NCBI GenBank assembly: GCA_038883795.1
Contig: JAVZLK010000036.1
Coordinates: 1-16,261 of the forward strand
DNA length: 16,261 nucleotides
Origin: Candidatus Bathyarchaeia archaeon
GTDB taxonomy: Archaea > Thermoproteota > Bathyarchaeia > Bathyarchaeales > Bathycorpusculaceae
Direction of reading: 5' to 3'
Position numbers and translations under genes: made by a program. Below the pieces are notes generated by a model that was given only the letters and a program-made list of their open reading frames with translations, was not told the origin of the DNA and searched no databases. This document shows, in pieces, positions 15,350 to 16,261 of this stretch (its first letter is position 1; each line of letters starts with the position of its first letter).

Positions 15350-16252
15350 TTGGTTAGAGTAACGAACAATGTTTACTTGAAAATTTCTCCCTTGGTAATT
15401 TTTGCACTGTTAATGGTTGCTCCGTTCTTCATGGTGAGATATCACTTAGCATTGTTAACCAGCGTCCTATGCTGGATTGGGTTGACTGTTAGCTGGCACT
15501 TTTTTAGTGGCGTTACAAAATATGTCTCATTGGGTTCCGCTGCGTTTTTTGGAGTTGGGGTATATATAACGGCCATATTCTGTAGGACGCTAGCTTTCCC
15601 GCTCATCTTATTGTTAGCTGGTGTAATTAGCTTTTTATTTGCATGCGGCGTCGGTTTCGTCACTTTGAGAATGAAAGGTGTATTCTTTGCTATATTCACT
15701 TTTGGACTGGCCGAGCTTTTAAATAATGCAATATTATTCTGGGAGATGTCTGTAACTGGGACACGAGGTAGGTTCATTACGCCTTTTGACGTTTATTATC
15801 CAATACTCATAATTACTTTTGCCATCATCTTGTTTACAACTATTTTAAGAAAGTCAAAGTTGGGCCTTGCGCTAAGGATGATCGGTGAATGTGAGGACGC
15901 TGCTATTCATTTCGGCGTAAATGCTACGTTATATAAGGTTATTGGGTTTGCCGTGAGTAGCATGTTCATCGGCCTATTGGGCGCGTCGTTTGCACCCCGG
16001 TGGGGGTACGTGGATTCTGGTATAGCTTTTAACAGTTTATACTCATTTATGCCTGCGATAATGACGTTATTCGGTGGAACGGAACTGTACTTTGGACCTA
16101 TCGTAGGTGCTTTAGTTCTCTCATTACTGGAAGAGTATCTGCTTACCACTTTTAAGGACTATTTCATGATAATCTTAGGATCAATAATGATTCTTATCAT
16201 CCTCGTTTTACCTGAAGGAATAACTGGGAAACTTTTAAAGAAAGCTGGTTAA
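15350..16252 (+). CDS. livM: Branched-chain amino acid-type ABC permease, LivM-like
   Basis: SW...SG...YVSLG.AAFFGVG.Y, LRMKGVFFAIFT, SKLGLALR.I.E.EDAA..FGVN, LFGG....GPIVGA, LPEGI; TTG start after GAGGTGA. Confidence 0.88.
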   Translation: MVRVTNNVYLKISPLVIFALLMVAPFFMVRYHLALLTSVLCWIGLTVSWHFFSGVTKYVSLGSAAFFGVGVYITAIFCRTLAFPLILLLAGVISFLFACGVGFVTLRMKGVFFAIFTFGLAELLNNAILFWEMSVTGTRGRFITPFDVYYPILIITFAIILFTTILRKSKLGLALRMIGECEDAAIHFGVNATLYKVIGFAVSSMFIGLLGASFAPRWGYVDSGIAFNSLYSFMPAIMTLFGGTELYFGPIVGALVLSLLEEYLLTTFKDYFMIILGSIMILIILVLPEGITGKLLKKAG

Positions 16253-16261
16253 ATTCCCAAG

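Noticed and set aside
13629-16149. Antisense ORFs within the ABC transporter genes
   Set aside because: Typical shadows of the sense-strand transporter genes.

Overview
Archaeal-style, gene-dense window (GGAGG/GAGGTGA Shine-Dalgarno motifs, frequent TTG/GTG starts, BRE/TATA-like promoters, thiolase-DUF35 pair, class III-like signal peptide on a binding protein). A Bathyarchaeia-like host is a guess, not a result. The left edge holds a truncated two-domain ABC permease on the minus strand that the ORF track misses. The rest (1571-16252) looks like one catabolic cluster: DUF169 protein, SDR dehydrogenase, family I CoA-transferase, SCP2-type thiolase plus DUF35 partner, C_GCAxxG_C_C protein, a complete three-subunit acetone-carboxylase-like enzyme (acxABC), a nitrilase-family hydrolase and a LIV-type ABC importer (binding protein and two permeases; no ATPases in the window). 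The set could form a route: secondary alcohol -> ketone -> ATP-dependent carboxylation -> CoA activation -> thiolysis. The importer and the altered residues in AcxB, AcxC and the CoA-transferase suggest a substrate other than acetone. No RNA genes, CRISPR arrays or mobile elements were seen. Comparisons to reference proteins are from memory and need alignment to confirm.
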